Positions 27,830 to 37,915 are shown, counted from the stretch's first letter. The stretch is 64,000 bases of DNA from Clostridia bacterium (GCA_017613355.1 JAGAEA010000047.1:4393-68392), one strand, 5' to 3'. Numbers and translations are program-made. Notes: generated from the sequence alone by a model not told the origin.

Positions 27830-28369
27830 TTAGTTCGCGACCTTGACCATCGCATAGCGGATGATCTTGTCGCCTTTGCGGTATCCCTTTTGGAACACCT
27901 CAACGATTTCGCCGTCTCCTTTTGTTTCATCCTCAACGTGCATCACGGCGTTGTGCAGATTGGGGTCGAACTTCTCTGTTTCGATCTCGGTGATTCCCAT
28001 TTTGGAAAGCGCGTCCCCGAACGCCTTTTCGGTCATTTCCAATCCTTTTTTCACCGCCTCGAAATTCTCCGAACCCGCCGCGCGGGAGAGATTATCGAGA
28101 ATGGGAAGGATATTTCCGATGCAATCGGCATAGGCGTCGGCATAGACGCTTTCTTTTTCTTTTGCGGAACGCTTGCGGAAGTTGTCGTACTCCGCCATCA
28201 TGCGCAAATATTTATCGTTTGCCTCCGTTGCTTTTGCCTCTTCCGCTTCGAGCTGCTTTTTCAGCTCCCGAAGTTCGGTTTCCGGCTTTTTCGTTTTTTT
28301 CTTTTCGTTCTTTTCCTCGGCGGCAGCTTCGGTTTCCACCGTTTCCGGCGTATCTTTCACTTCATCCAT
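27830..28369 (-). CDS. grpE: Nucleotide exchange factor GrpE
   Basis: YLRMMAEYDNFRKR...FDPNLHNAVM. The ATG at 28369 has GGAGG 8 nt upstream. The track start at 28387 lacks an RBS. Confidence 0.9.
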   Translation of the reverse strand: MDEVKDTPETVETEAAAEEKNEKKKTKKPETELRELKKQLEAEEAKATEANDKYLRMMAEYDNFRKRSAKEKESVYADAYADCIGNILPILDNLSRAAGSENFEAVKKGLEMTEKAFGDALSKMGITEIETEKFDPNLHNAVMHVEDETKGDGEIVEVFQKGYRKGDKIIRYAMVKVAN

Positions 28370-29435
28370 CGGATGTTCCTCCGTCATGCAGTTGTTTATT
28401 CGGTTGGATCAGATTTTCGATATTCCCGCTCAATCCTTCCAGCGTGGCGAGTACCTTGGCATAGTCCATCCGTCGCGGTCCCAGAACGCCGATGGCTCCG
28501 AGCGTTTTTCCGTCCTTGACGATCGGCTTGAACACCAGCGCGGAATTGTTCATGACCTTAACGCGGCTCTCCGATCCGATGAGAACGTTGATGTCACCTT
28601 CTCCTCCGTCCGTTGTGGAAACCAGATCGAGTATATCATCCTTCTTTTCCAACGTTCCGAGCAATTCACGGAACTGCGCGGTATCGCTGTATTCGGGGTA
28701 TTGCAACAGGTGGTCGATGCCCGCCACCTGCATTTCTCCCGCGTCGAGCTCGTTGAGAAGGTCATAAATGACTTTAATGACCGTTCCGACCGTTCCGCTC
28801 TCCGCTCCCATGCGCGTTTCCAGCTCCATGATGATCGGAAGCGTGATTTGCCCCGCGGCAAGACCCGCGATCATGGCGTTGAGCGCTTCGGCAAGCTTCG
28901 TGACCGTTTCGGCAGAAATCGGTCGCTCCGTGCGGATATGCTTGGACTTGACCGTTCCCGTGGAGGCAACGGCAACCAAAATAAAATGATCGGGTTCGAG
29001 ATAGATCCCCTCGAATTTGGAAATGCTGACCGATCCCGCGCGCGGCTTGATGGCAATTCCCGTGTAGTTGGTCAGGTTGGACGCGAGATGCGACGCCGCC
29101 GAAAGAATTTGGTCGAGCTCCCCCATCTTGACGCGCAGCAGATTGTTGATTTGCGCGATCTCATGCGTGGTCATGGCGTAGTGCTCGATGAGCGAATCCA
29201 CGTAGAAACGGTAGCCGAGCTCGCTCGGAACTCTGCCCGCCGAAGCGTGCGGCTGTTCGAGATAGCCCATTTCTTCCAGCTCCGCCATTTCATTTCGGAT
29301 GGTCGCGGAAGAACAGTTCATCCCGCCCGCGGCAAGAATCGCCTTGGAACCAACAGGTCCGCCGCCTTCGATTTGCGCGTCCACGATCGCTTTGAGGATC
29401 CGCTTTTTGCGTTCGCTCAACTCACCGCCCGCCAT
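28362..29435 (-). CDS. hrcA: Heat-inducible transcription repressor HrcA
   Basis: LSERKKRILKAIVD...GSKAI...SSATIRNEMAELEEMGYLEQPHASAGRVPS. The CIRCE operator lies upstream. Confidence 0.92.
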   Translation of the reverse strand: MAGGELSERKKRILKAIVDAQIEGGGPVGSKAILAAGGMNCSSATIRNEMAELEEMGYLEQPHASAGRVPSELGYRFYVDSLIEHYAMTTHEIAQINNLLRVKMGELDQILSAASHLASNLTNYTGIAIKPRAGSVSISKFEGIYLEPDHFILVAVASTGTVKSKHIRTERPISAETVTKLAEALNAMIAGLAAGQITLPIIMELETRMGAESGTVGTVIKVIYDLLNELDAGEMQVAGIDHLLQYPEYSDTAQFRELLGTLEKKDDILDLVSTTDGGEGDINVLIGSESRVKVMNNSALVFKPIVKDGKTLGAIGVLGPRRMDYAKVLATLEGLSGNIENLIQPNKQLHDGGTSDG

Positions 29436-29467
29436 GAGAACTCTCCTTTCCGTTACCGATTTCGTTT

Positions 29468-29494
29468 TTAGCACTCTTATTTGCCGAGTGCTAA
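29468..29494. promoter_or_regulatory. CIRCE operator (HrcA binding site)
   Basis: TTAGCACTC-ttatttgcc-GAGTGCTAA, a perfect match to the 9-N9-9 consensus, located between the promoter and the hrcA start. Confidence 0.92.
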
Positions 29495-29506
29495 CCCAAC
29501 GTATAT

Positions 29507-29535
29507 AATTTACCACTTTTCGGCGGTTTTGTCAA
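29507..29535 (-). promoter_or_regulatory. hrcA operon promoter
   Basis: The minus strand reads ttgaca aaaccgccgaaaagtgg taaatt. Confidence 0.6.
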
Positions 29536-29707
29536 TGGTTTTTCGCAATTTATTTATGAATGAATTGTAAACATCTGTTCCGAGTGCTAAAAGATCGGAA
29601 AACCTTTCTGTCCGTTTTAAGGAAGAAAATCGCTTGCCGCCTTTGACGGCACACATCTTCATTTTACCGCTTCTTTTCCCATTTTATACCGTTTCGCGCT
29701 CCCGTAG

Positions 29708-29714
29708 TCCGACA
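29708..29714. promoter_or_regulatory. Spo0A-box-like motif upstream of spoIIE (distal)
   Basis: TCCGACA (6/7 to the reverse 0A box TTCGACA), within TCCGACAaAAAATCG. Confidence 0.4.
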
Positions 29715-29859
29715 AAAAATCGTCATGCAAATTGTGACGTTTGACGACCAGCGTCGCCTCCCCGCGCCATTCTTTTTTCCGTTCGTCGTCCCCGCTCGCC
29801 GAAACCTTTGCAAAACCGCTTCGAAGCGACGGACTTCCTCTTTTTTTGACTGTTCCTTT

Positions 29860-29866
29860 TCCGACA
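29860..29866. promoter_or_regulatory. Spo0A-box-like motif overlapping the -35 region of the spoIIE promoter
   Basis: TCCGACA within TCCGACAgAAATCG, 21 nt upstream of a TAAAAT -10 at 29888-29893. Confidence 0.45.
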
Positions 29867-29928
29867 GAAATCGCACTGCCGACGCTGTAAAATAAAGGAG
29901 ATTTCGGCACAAAACGGGAGGTTTTGCC

Positions 29929-32448
29929 ATGCAAGGAAAAGTGAAAGAAACCCGAAAAGGGTGGACCGAAAAACTGAAACAAAAAGACGCCGCGTCCCGC
30001 CTTCGGGTGGTCTCGCTCGTTCTGCGGGAAGTACTTTGGACGGGTGCGGGATTTCTGTTCGGGCAAGGATCGATGCTCTTCGGCACAAACCCGCTCGGCG
30101 TCGCTCTGCTTTGCGCCTCGTCGGGACATGTGTTTCCCATTCTGGCGGGTCTGATCCTCGGTGCGGTATTTTCGGAAGAACAGCCGTGGGTATTGATCGT
30201 TACCTATGTTGCCGCCGCGTTGATCCGCGCGATCTCCGCGCGGCTTGCCGACCCGCGCGAATCGCGGCTGCGTTTGCTTCCCGCACATATCCGCAAGAAA
30301 CTGCAAGGCACGGAAGCGGACAAGCTTCCCGAAACGGAGACCGGGCTTCCCCGATCCCGGGCGGCGCGTCTTTGGTCGAAAATCACATCCTCTTCGGGCG
30401 CGGAACTTCTCGGCACGTTGCGCAGCGAAATTCGCAGTCTGTTTTCCGAATGGGTGCTTTTGCGGATGGTGACGGCGGCGACCTGTATGCTGATCGTTTC
30501 GCTGTTTCGCGTGATCGGCGGCGGGTTTCGCTATTACGATCTTTATGCCGCGTTCTTTGCCGTTTTTGCGGCGCCCGCCGCCGTCATGGTCTATTCCGTA
30601 TGGTTGGAGGGGCGGCGCGAGTTGCGCGTGCTCTACGCCCTCTCGGCGGGCGCCTTGCTCTTCTCCGCCGTTTGGGCGTCCGACGCACTCCTGTTCGGGA
30701 TCGTGCCTCTCTCCGCGTTTTTCGCGTTGTTTCTCTCCCTATGGGCGGCTCGGCGCGTCGGAGCGGTCGGCGGTGTTGCCGCCGCCATTCTCGCGGGGTT
30801 GGCGCATGATCCGATGTCGATTCCCGCCTATCTGATCGCGGTTTTGATTTATTCGCTCGCAAGCATCCGCAAAAAGACCGACGTGGGCATCCCCGTTGCC
30901 GTGTTCGCCGCGCTCGGCTGGTCGATCTACGCGCATGGGATTTCGGTTTTGATCCCGCTCCTGCTCTCTAACCTGACGGCGGGCGCTTTGATAACGGTTC
31001 TTTCCCATTTCGGCGAAACGTCAACCGCGACCGAAACCGCCGTGAGCACTCCCACCTCCGATGACGCCGCAGCTCGGCTCCGATACGTGACAAACCGCCA
31101 CGAGGACGCGAAAGACCGCCTGCGAAGAATCTCCGACGCCTTTTCTTCCCTTTCCGAAATGTTCTATAATTTAAGCGACCGCCTTCGCCGACCGACTACG
31201 CTGGATCTGCACCGCCTTTGCGACGCTTCCTTTGACCGTTTTTGCCCGAACTGCCCGAACAAAACCGTTTGTTGGGGTCTTGAATACGCCGACACGCTGG
31301 AAGTGCTCGGTGGGCTCGCCTCGGCGCTCCACACGCGCGGCACCGTGACCGAAAAACAAATTTCTCCCGTTTTGTTCCGTCGTTGTTCCTCTATGACCGC
31401 CATCCTTGCCGACATCAATCACGAGTGTTCCGAACTGACAGGCAACCTGTTGCGCGACAACCGAACCGAAATTTTCGCCATGGACTACGAAGCGGCGGCA
31501 AATATCATCAACGACGCGCTGGAAGAGGACGACGGCGAATACCGTCTCGACGCCGATCTCTCCTCCCGCATTTGCGAATACCTTGCGAGCGCGGGAATTT
31601 CGGCGCAGAGCGTGGTGGTTTACGGGGGGCGGATGCGGCGGGTGATCGTGCGCGGCGTTGACGTTGAGCAAGCAAACGTGACCACGGAGACCCTGCGGAG
31701 CGACTTGGGGGAAATGTGCGGCTTGGAACTATCCGCACCGATCTTTGAAGTGGACGGTTCGGTTTGCACCATGGTTCTTCACTCGCGCAAGCGGTTCTCG
31801 GTGAACGGAGCGCAAAAATGTCTCTCGGCGGACGGCGGCGTCAGCGGTGACGCGGTGTCCCTCTTTTCCAACCGCAAGGATTATTTCTATGCGCTCATCA
31901 ATGACGGAATGGGGTCGGGGCATGACGCGGCGCTGACTTCCAACCTCTGTTCGGTTTTCCTCGAGAAAATGCTCCGCGCGGGCAACCGCGCGGGAACTTC
32001 CCTGCGAATGCTCAACAACATGGTGCTTTCGCGCACGCAAAACAACAGTGCGGCGGAATGTTCTTCCACCGTTGACCTGCTCGAATTCGATCTTGTGACG
32101 GGCGTTGCCTCCTTCATCAAAAGCGGCGCCGCCCCGAGCTTCGTGGTGCGCGGTTCGACCGTTCACCGTATTCAAGCGGATACCGCTCCCATCGGTATTC
32201 TGCGCAACACGGAAGCGCAAACTTCCGAATTCCCGCTCAAAGCGGGCGACACGGTAGTTCTCATCAGCGATGGGATTCAACAGAACGACCCCGATTGCGA
32301 ATGGCTTTTGAACTATCTTGCGGGGTCGGGAGAAAAAGATCCCGAAGAGATCGTGAAGCGCATTTGTCTGCACGCCTCCACGGGAGAAGAACCGCGCGAC
32401 GATTGCTCCGCAATCGCCCTGCGAATTGCAATCGACGATGAAAAATAG
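29929..32448 (+). CDS. spoIIE: Stage II sporulation protein E (PP2C phosphatase with a multi-pass membrane domain)
   Basis: About 10 N-terminal TM spans and a C-terminal PP2C-like region (INDGMGSGHDAA...VLISDG...DDCSAIALRI). GGGAGG RBS. Confidence 0.88.
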   Translation: MQGKVKETRKGWTEKLKQKDAASRLRVVSLVLREVLWTGAGFLFGQGSMLFGTNPLGVALLCASSGHVFPILAGLILGAVFSEEQPWVLIVTYVAAALIRAISARLADPRESRLRLLPAHIRKKLQGTEADKLPETETGLPRSRAARLWSKITSSSGAELLGTLRSEIRSLFSEWVLLRMVTAATCMLIVSLFRVIGGGFRYYDLYAAFFAVFAAPAAVMVYSVWLEGRRELRVLYALSAGALLFSAVWASDALLFGIVPLSAFFALFLSLWAARRVGAVGGVAAAILAGLAHDPMSIPAYLIAVLIYSLASIRKKTDVGIPVAVFAALGWSIYAHGISVLIPLLLSNLTAGALITVLSHFGETSTATETAVSTPTSDDAAARLRYVTNRHEDAKDRLRRISDAFSSLSEMFYNLSDRLRRPTTLDLHRLCDASFDRFCPNCPNKTVCWGLEYADTLEVLGGLASALHTRGTVTEKQISPVLFRRCSSMTAILADINHECSELTGNLLRDNRTEIFAMDYEAAANIINDALEEDDGEYRLDADLSSRICEYLASAGISAQSVVVYGGRMRRVIVRGVDVEQANVTTETLRSDLGEMCGLELSAPIFEVDGSVCTMVLHSRKRFSVNGAQKCLSADGGVSGDAVSLFSNRKDYFYALINDGMGSGHDAALTSNLCSVFLEKMLRAGNRAGTSLRMLNNMVLSRTQNNSAAECSSTVDLLEFDLVTGVASFIKSGAAPSFVVRGSTVHRIQADTAPIGILRNTEAQTSEFPLKAGDTVVLISDGIQQNDPDCEWLLNYLAGSGEKDPEEIVKRICLHASTGEEPRDDCSAIALRIAIDDEK

Positions 32449-32452
32449 CCGC

Positions 32453-32499
32453 AAAAAAAGAGCGGGCACAGAATGAAAATTCTGTGCCCGCTCTTTTTT
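32453..32499. terminator. Bidirectional terminator (spoIIE / leuS)
   Basis: aaaaaagagcgggcacagaat gaaa attctgtgcccgctctttttt. Confidence 0.85.
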
Positions 32500-32506
32500 G
32501 TATCAA

Positions 32507-34909
32507 TCAACGCACCACGATATTGACGATCTTATTGGGAACGCTGATCTCTTTGACAATGGTTTTCCCTTCAAGCTGTGCCGCGATCCTCGGGTCGGCT
32601 TTCGCCAACGCCACGGCTTCCTCGCGCGGGCAGTTCAGGGGCAATTCCACCGTCCCGCGCACCTTACCGTTGATCTGCACGGCAACTTCCACGGTGCTGT
32701 CCACCGTTTTCGCGTCGTCCCATTCGGGCCACTCTGCAAGCGTGCAAAGTCCTTTTCCACCCAAATTTTCCCAAAGTTCTTCCGCAAGATGCGGTGCAAA
32801 CGGGGAAAGCAGGCGCGTGAGCGTCATCATCTGTTCGCAGGTCAGGCTCCCGACCTCGTAAATCTCGTTGATGAGCGCCATCATGGCGGCAATGGCGGTG
32901 TTGAATTTAAGTTCCTCAATGTCCTCGGAGACCTTTTTGACCGTCTTATGGAACGCGGTTTCGAGTTTCGGGCTTCCGCCGCCCTCGCGGATGAGATCGG
33001 TCAGGTCGGCAAGGCGGTCGAGGAACCGTTTGCACCCCTTCATGGAATTGTCATTCCACGGCGTTGCGCTCGCGTAATCGCCCATAAACAGGACGTACGT
33101 GCGCAGAACGTCCGCGCCGTAAACGTCGATCACGTCGTTGGGGTCGACCACGTTGCCCTTGGACTTGGACATCTTCTCGCCGTCGGGACCGAGGATCAAC
33201 CCTTGCGCGGTACGCTTGGCATAAGGTTCGTCGCAGGGGACGGCACCGATGTCGTAGAGGAATTTATGCCAGAAACGCGAATAGATCATGTGGCGGGTGA
33301 CGTGCTCCATGCCGCCGTTGTACCAGTCCACGGGCATCCAGTATTTCAGCTTTTCGGGGTCGGCAAGCGCTTCCCCGTTGTGCGGATCGATATAGCGCAG
33401 GAAATACCACGAAGAACCCGCCCACTGCGGCATGGTGTCGGTCTCGCGCTTGGCGTCCCGCCCGCACTTGGGACATTTGCAATTCACGAACGATTCGATT
33501 TTGGCAAGCGGGCTTTCCCCACCCTCACCGGGCTCGAAGTTTTCCACCTTCGGCAGACGAAGAGGCAATTCCTCATAAGGTACGGGAACAATGCCGCAAT
33601 GCGGACAATGGACGATCGGGATCGGTTCGCCCCAGTAGCGCTGGCGGTTGAACGCCCAGTCCTTCATCTTGTACTGCACGCCCATCTCGCCGATGCCTTT
33701 CTCCGCGAGATATTCCAACATCCGTGCGATGGAATCTTTTTTGTTGGTATAGCCGTTGAGAAAATCCGAATTGACCATTTCTCCGTCGCCCGTGTAGGCT
33801 TCCTTCGAGATGTCGCCGCCCTTGATGACCTCGATGATGTCAATGCCGAATTTCTTTGCGAAAGCGTAGTCCCGCTCGTCATGCGCGGGAACCGCCATGA
33901 TCGCGCCGGTACCGTACCCCATCATCACGTAGTCGGAAATGTAGATCGGGATCTCCTTGCCGCTCACGGGGTTGATCGCCGTCAGCCCCTCGATGCGCAC
34001 ACCCGTTTTGTCCTTGTTCATCTGCGTCCGCTCGAACTCGGTCTTTTTGGCGCACTCCTCGCGGTAGGCGTCCAGCGCGGCAACGTTCGCAATGCGTTCG
34101 CGGTTCGCTTCGATGATGGGATGTTCGGGCGCGATGACCATAAAGGTCACGCCGAAGAGCGTGTCGCACCGCGTGGTGTAGATGCGGAGCTTTTCTCCCG
34201 TTTCCTTGATGGTGAAGTTGACGAACGCGCCCGTGGATTTACCGATCCAGTTGACCTGCTGCTGCTTGATGTTGGGAAGGTAGTCCACCTCGTCAAGCCC
34301 CGAGAGCAGACGGTCGGCATACTCGGTGATGCGGAGATACCAAACGGTTTTGGACTTTTGCACGATGTCGCTGTGGCAAATGTCGCACTTACCGCCCTGC
34401 GAATCCTCATTGGAAAGGACGACCTTGCAGCTCGGGCAGTAGTTGACCAGCGCCTGATCGCGGAACACCAATCCGCGCTCGAACATTTTCAGGAAGATCC
34501 ATTGCGTCCAGCGATAGAAGCCCTCCTCGGTGGTGTCCACCACGCGGCTCCAATCGAAAGAAAATCCGACGCGTTTGAGCTGCGAGGTGAATTTGACGAT
34601 GTTGCGGTCGGTCACCTCGCGGGGATGTATGCCCGTTTTGATCGCGTAATTCTCCGTGGGAAGTCCGTAAGCATCGAAACCGATCGGGAACAGGACGTTA
34701 TACCCCTGCATCCGTCTTTTGCGGGAAATGACTTCCATGCTCGAATACGCCTTGATATGTCCGACGTGCATCCCCGCGCCGGACGGATACGGAAACTCGA
34801 CCAATGCGTAGAATTTCTTTTTATCGCTGTTGTCGATCGCGCGAAATGCGTTTGCTTCTTCCCATTTCTTTTGCCATTTCGGTTCGATCTGACGAAAATC
34901 GTACTTCAT
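32507..34909 (-). CDS. leuS: Leucine--tRNA ligase
   Basis: PYPSGAGMHVGH (HIGH motif) and KMSKS. 800 aa. Confidence 0.97.
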   Translation of the reverse strand: MKYDFRQIEPKWQKKWEEANAFRAIDNSDKKKFYALVEFPYPSGAGMHVGHIKAYSSMEVISRKRRMQGYNVLFPIGFDAYGLPTENYAIKTGIHPREVTDRNIVKFTSQLKRVGFSFDWSRVVDTTEEGFYRWTQWIFLKMFERGLVFRDQALVNYCPSCKVVLSNEDSQGGKCDICHSDIVQKSKTVWYLRITEYADRLLSGLDEVDYLPNIKQQQVNWIGKSTGAFVNFTIKETGEKLRIYTTRCDTLFGVTFMVIAPEHPIIEANRERIANVAALDAYREECAKKTEFERTQMNKDKTGVRIEGLTAINPVSGKEIPIYISDYVMMGYGTGAIMAVPAHDERDYAFAKKFGIDIIEVIKGGDISKEAYTGDGEMVNSDFLNGYTNKKDSIARMLEYLAEKGIGEMGVQYKMKDWAFNRQRYWGEPIPIVHCPHCGIVPVPYEELPLRLPKVENFEPGEGGESPLAKIESFVNCKCPKCGRDAKRETDTMPQWAGSSWYFLRYIDPHNGEALADPEKLKYWMPVDWYNGGMEHVTRHMIYSRFWHKFLYDIGAVPCDEPYAKRTAQGLILGPDGEKMSKSKGNVVDPNDVIDVYGADVLRTYVLFMGDYASATPWNDNSMKGCKRFLDRLADLTDLIREGGGSPKLETAFHKTVKKVSEDIEELKFNTAIAAMMALINEIYEVGSLTCEQMMTLTRLLSPFAPHLAEELWENLGGKGLCTLAEWPEWDDAKTVDSTVEVAVQINGKVRGTVELPLNCPREEAVALAKADPRIAAQLEGKTIVKEISVPNKIVNIVVR

Positions 34910-35337
34910 TTTGCCTCTGCCTCTGCTTTCTCGTCGATGCTCTCAAAGTGAATCTCCTCCGCATCTCCGTATAGTTTCTCCAACTTATAGAATTCCCGCG
35001 ATTCGCGGCTGAAAATATGCACGATGACGGAGCCGTAGTCGAGCACGACCCAATTGCCGTTGTCCCGTCCTTCGTAATGTGCGGGCGCCGCGTCGCGTTC
35101 GCCGAGCTTGAACTCCACTTCGCCCCCGAGCGACTTGACCTGCGTGGACGACCGCCCGGAGCAAACGATGAAATAATCCGTAATCACGGTGTGGTCATGG
35201 ACGCGCAAAACGCGGATGTCCTCTGCTTTTTTCTCGTCGAGCACGTCGAAAATCGCGTTTGCGAGTGTTTTCGGGTCGGCTTCCGCGAGAGACGGGAGCT
35301 TTTTGACGGCGAGTGTTTCCGTTGTTTGAAGATTCAT
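34906..35337 (-). CDS. rsfS: Ribosome silencing factor RsfS
   Basis: DYFIVCSGRSSTQVKSL...WVVLDYGSVIVHIF. Confidence 0.88.
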   Translation of the reverse strand: MNLQTTETLAVKKLPSLAEADPKTLANAIFDVLDEKKAEDIRVLRVHDHTVITDYFIVCSGRSSTQVKSLGGEVEFKLGERDAAPAHYEGRDNGNWVVLDYGSVIVHIFSRESREFYKLEKLYGDAEEIHFESIDEKAEAEAK

Positions 35338-35361
35338 AAGTGATATATCCTTTCTTTCCCT

Positions 35362-36279
35362 CTACTTGGCGGGGGAACTGTAAATTCCGTGAAAATCGGC
35401 GTCGTCCGCACGGTCGAATACGCGATCGGGGTCAAATGCTTTGTCGGAAACGGGAGCGTTCGGGGAGAGCAGGCGGTTGACGGCGCTTTGCGCGCCCATG
35501 CGGTTCAGCACATAATACCACGCACCGTTCTTCCCTCGGATCGCCTCGCCCGGCGCCGTTTCGATCGGGATCGCGGAAAAATCGCAATTCAAAAGTCCGC
35601 GCGAGATACGGATCGCCTCGGTTACGGGCAGATCGGTTTGCATATGCGGGACCGAGATCATAAACATACGGAAAAAGGTTGCGGCGTTCAGATTGCGGCA
35701 TTTTTCCGCAAACGCGCGCAGAAATACCTTTTGCGCGTCCATCCGCCCGAGGTCTGCGTTGACATACCCCGACCGAAAACGGATGAAGGAAAGCGCCTCC
35801 GCTCCGTCCAAATGTTGTCGTCCCGCTTTGAGATGGATCTCCAACCCCTGCGCGGGATCGCTGTAATCCATGTTCATCGGAACGTCGATGTCCACACCGC
35901 CCACGGTATCCACCAAAAGCGAAACGCATTCCAGATCCATTGCGGCAAACCAATCCACACGCACGCCGAGCGCGCGGGAGAAGAACGCCTTGCATTTCTC
36001 GCTCCCGAGCGACCGCAAGGCGCCGTTGAGCTTGCGATAGCTCCCTTCGGTATATGCCGCGTAGGTGTCCCTCGGAAGTTGCAGAACGCGAAGCTCGCCC
36101 GTTGCTTCATTTCGCGAAACCAGAAAGATCGAATCCGTCAGCGCCGCCGCTTTGTCGCACCCGAAAATCAAAAACCGTTTCACTGGGTCTTTCCCCGCCG
36201 CCTGCGCCGCAGTCGGGAAGGAAAAGGCGAAAAGCAAAACGAGAAACGACAAAAGCAGACAAACCACACGTTTTTTCAT
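35362..36279 (-). CDS. LytR-CpsA-Psr (LCP) family protein
   Basis: N-terminal TM/signal segment, then LQLPRDTY...ALSFIRFR. Confidence 0.82.
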   Translation of the reverse strand: MKKRVVCLLLSFLVLLFAFSFPTAAQAAGKDPVKRFLIFGCDKAAALTDSIFLVSRNEATGELRVLQLPRDTYAAYTEGSYRKLNGALRSLGSEKCKAFFSRALGVRVDWFAAMDLECVSLLVDTVGGVDIDVPMNMDYSDPAQGLEIHLKAGRQHLDGAEALSFIRFRSGYVNADLGRMDAQKVFLRAFAEKCRNLNAATFFRMFMISVPHMQTDLPVTEAIRISRGLLNCDFSAIPIETAPGEAIRGKNGAWYYVLNRMGAQSAVNRLLSPNAPVSDKAFDPDRVFDRADDADFHGIYSSPAK

Positions 36280-36318
36280 ACGGCACCTCTTGAATTTTGA
36301 TGTACCGTGTGTGCGAAA

Positions 36319-36981
36319 TCAAATTGTTTCGCGTTTCTTAGCCGCGCGGTCGAGAACCAGTCGGTTGCGGGCTTTGACCGTGTCCTCGGCGATCGGAAGT
36401 CCATCCGCGGTCAGCGCCGCGATGGTCATATCATAGGAAAGGATCAACGCGTCCCGCAGGAGCGCTTTCCGACCTTTCGCGTCCAGATGTTCGGGTTCGG
36501 TGGCGAAAAAGAACTGCCGCAGGATGACACAATCCTTGAATTTGCGGGACAGGTCGATATAATCGGCAAGATAAAGGAGTTTTTCGGTCAGCGTCATGCC
36601 CGCGCGTCCCGTGGTGTGCCACCGGACCGCGTTGACGACCGTTCGTTCGGAAAACTGCGGAAACCGCTCGGGAATGAGCAGCGCCGCCGTTCTTGCATGA
36701 AGCGTTTTGAACGCCATGCGATCCTGCGCGGAAACCTTGATGCCGTGCGTCTCGCAGAACGCGACGTGCTCCTCAACCGTCCACTCTTTGGTAACGTCGT
36801 GGAGCAGAGCGGCGGCTCGCAGGGACACGGTTTGTTCGGGACAATAGAGGGACGCGAGCCGCGCGACCATTTCCTCCACGGCGGCAACGTGGAAAAACCG
36901 CTTGGGGGAAAGTTCCCCTTCCACCGCTTTGCGCAAGCCGTCAAGGTCTTTTTCGCAAAAAAGACGTTCGCTATCCATCAT
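36319..36981 (-). CDS. yqeK: HD-domain bis(5'-nucleosyl)-tetraphosphatase YqeK
   Basis: H...LLHDVTK...RWHTTG, in the conserved position after nadD. Confidence 0.85.
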   Translation of the reverse strand: MMDSERLFCEKDLDGLRKAVEGELSPKRFFHVAAVEEMVARLASLYCPEQTVSLRAAALLHDVTKEWTVEEHVAFCETHGIKVSAQDRMAFKTLHARTAALLIPERFPQFSERTVVNAVRWHTTGRAGMTLTEKLLYLADYIDLSRKFKDCVILRQFFFATEPEHLDAKGRKALLRDALILSYDMTIAALTADGLPIAEDTVKARNRLVLDRAAKKRETI

Positions 36982-36987
36982 TTTGCT

Positions 36988-37605
36988 TCAACTCCGTTCT
37001 TTTGAACCGTACAAATGATTGTCAAAAATGTAATTTGCGACCGACGGCGGAATAAGATCGGAAACGGTTTCGCCCGCTTCGATTTTCTTTCGTATTTCAT
37101 GCGAGGAGGTCACAAACGGCTCCATTTGGATTTTTCGGACGATTTTTCCGTATTTTTCCTGATATTCCGCGATTTTTTTGATAATGACGTGATCCAACAA
37201 CGGATCTTTTTCGCGGCGAACGTAAACGGGGTAACACAAACGGAAAATTTCTTCCGCTTCGTGCCATTCGTCGAGCGTGAGCATCATGTCGGTTCCGCAG
37301 AGCAGAAACAACCTGCGATCCTCTCCCGAAAGCTCCCGCAGTGTATCCACGGTGTAGCTCTTCCCGCCTCGCTTGATCTCCATATCGCTGACGTAAACAC
37401 CTTCGATCCCCTCAAACGCCAACTGCGTCATGCGGTAGCGGTCGGCGGCGGAAACGGGACATTCCATTTCCTTATGCGGCGGGACGGCGGCGGGAACGAC
37501 AAACAGAAAATCCAACCACATTTGCTCCATGAAGGCTTTTGCGGCGGCGACGTGTCCGTTATGCGGCGGCGAAAAGGTGCCGCCGTAGATCCCGATGCGC
37601 GTCAT
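36988..37605 (-). CDS. nadD: Nicotinate-nucleotide adenylyltransferase
   Basis: IGIYGGTFSPPHNGH...SSHEIR. Confidence 0.92.
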   Translation of the reverse strand: MTRIGIYGGTFSPPHNGHVAAAKAFMEQMWLDFLFVVPAAVPPHKEMECPVSAADRYRMTQLAFEGIEGVYVSDMEIKRGGKSYTVDTLRELSGEDRRLFLLCGTDMMLTLDEWHEAEEIFRLCYPVYVRREKDPLLDHVIIKKIAEYQEKYGKIVRKIQMEPFVTSSHEIRKKIEAGETVSDLIPPSVANYIFDNHLYGSKERS

Positions 37606-37892
37606 GGCAGCTCAATGACGGGCTTTTGAGAGGACGCCCGATACAGAACGACTTTCTTCCCCGTAACGGCAACGACCTCGGCTCCGAGTTCCGACGCCAG
37701 CGCGTTTGCCGCCGCTTTGGGGTCTTCTCCGCTGTTTTCCAGAATATGAAGTTTGATCAGCTCCCGCGCTTCGAGCGCGTCCGAAACGGTTTTGAGCAAA
37801 TTGGGCGTAACGCCGCCCTTGCCGACCTGCAAAATGGCGGGATAGTCGTTTGCCATTCCCCGCAGATAAGCTCTTTGTTTGGATGTGATCAT
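37602..37892 (-). CDS. yhbY: Ribosome assembly RNA-binding protein YhbY (CRM domain)
   Basis: MITSKQRAYLRGMAN...ILQVGKGGVTPNLL...ELIKL. The ATG at 37892 has a GGAAAGGA RBS. Confidence 0.85.
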   Translation of the reverse strand: MITSKQRAYLRGMANDYPAILQVGKGGVTPNLLKTVSDALEARELIKLHILENSGEDPKAAANALASELGAEVVAVTGKKVVLYRASSQKPVIELP

Positions 37893-37915
37893 GTCGGAAT
37901 TCCTTTCCGTCGATT

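Noticed and set aside
32498-34951. 817-aa plus-strand ORF antisense to leuS
   Set aside because: leuS on the opposite strand has the HIGH and KMSKS motifs. The antisense product has no motifs and a shadow-ORF composition.
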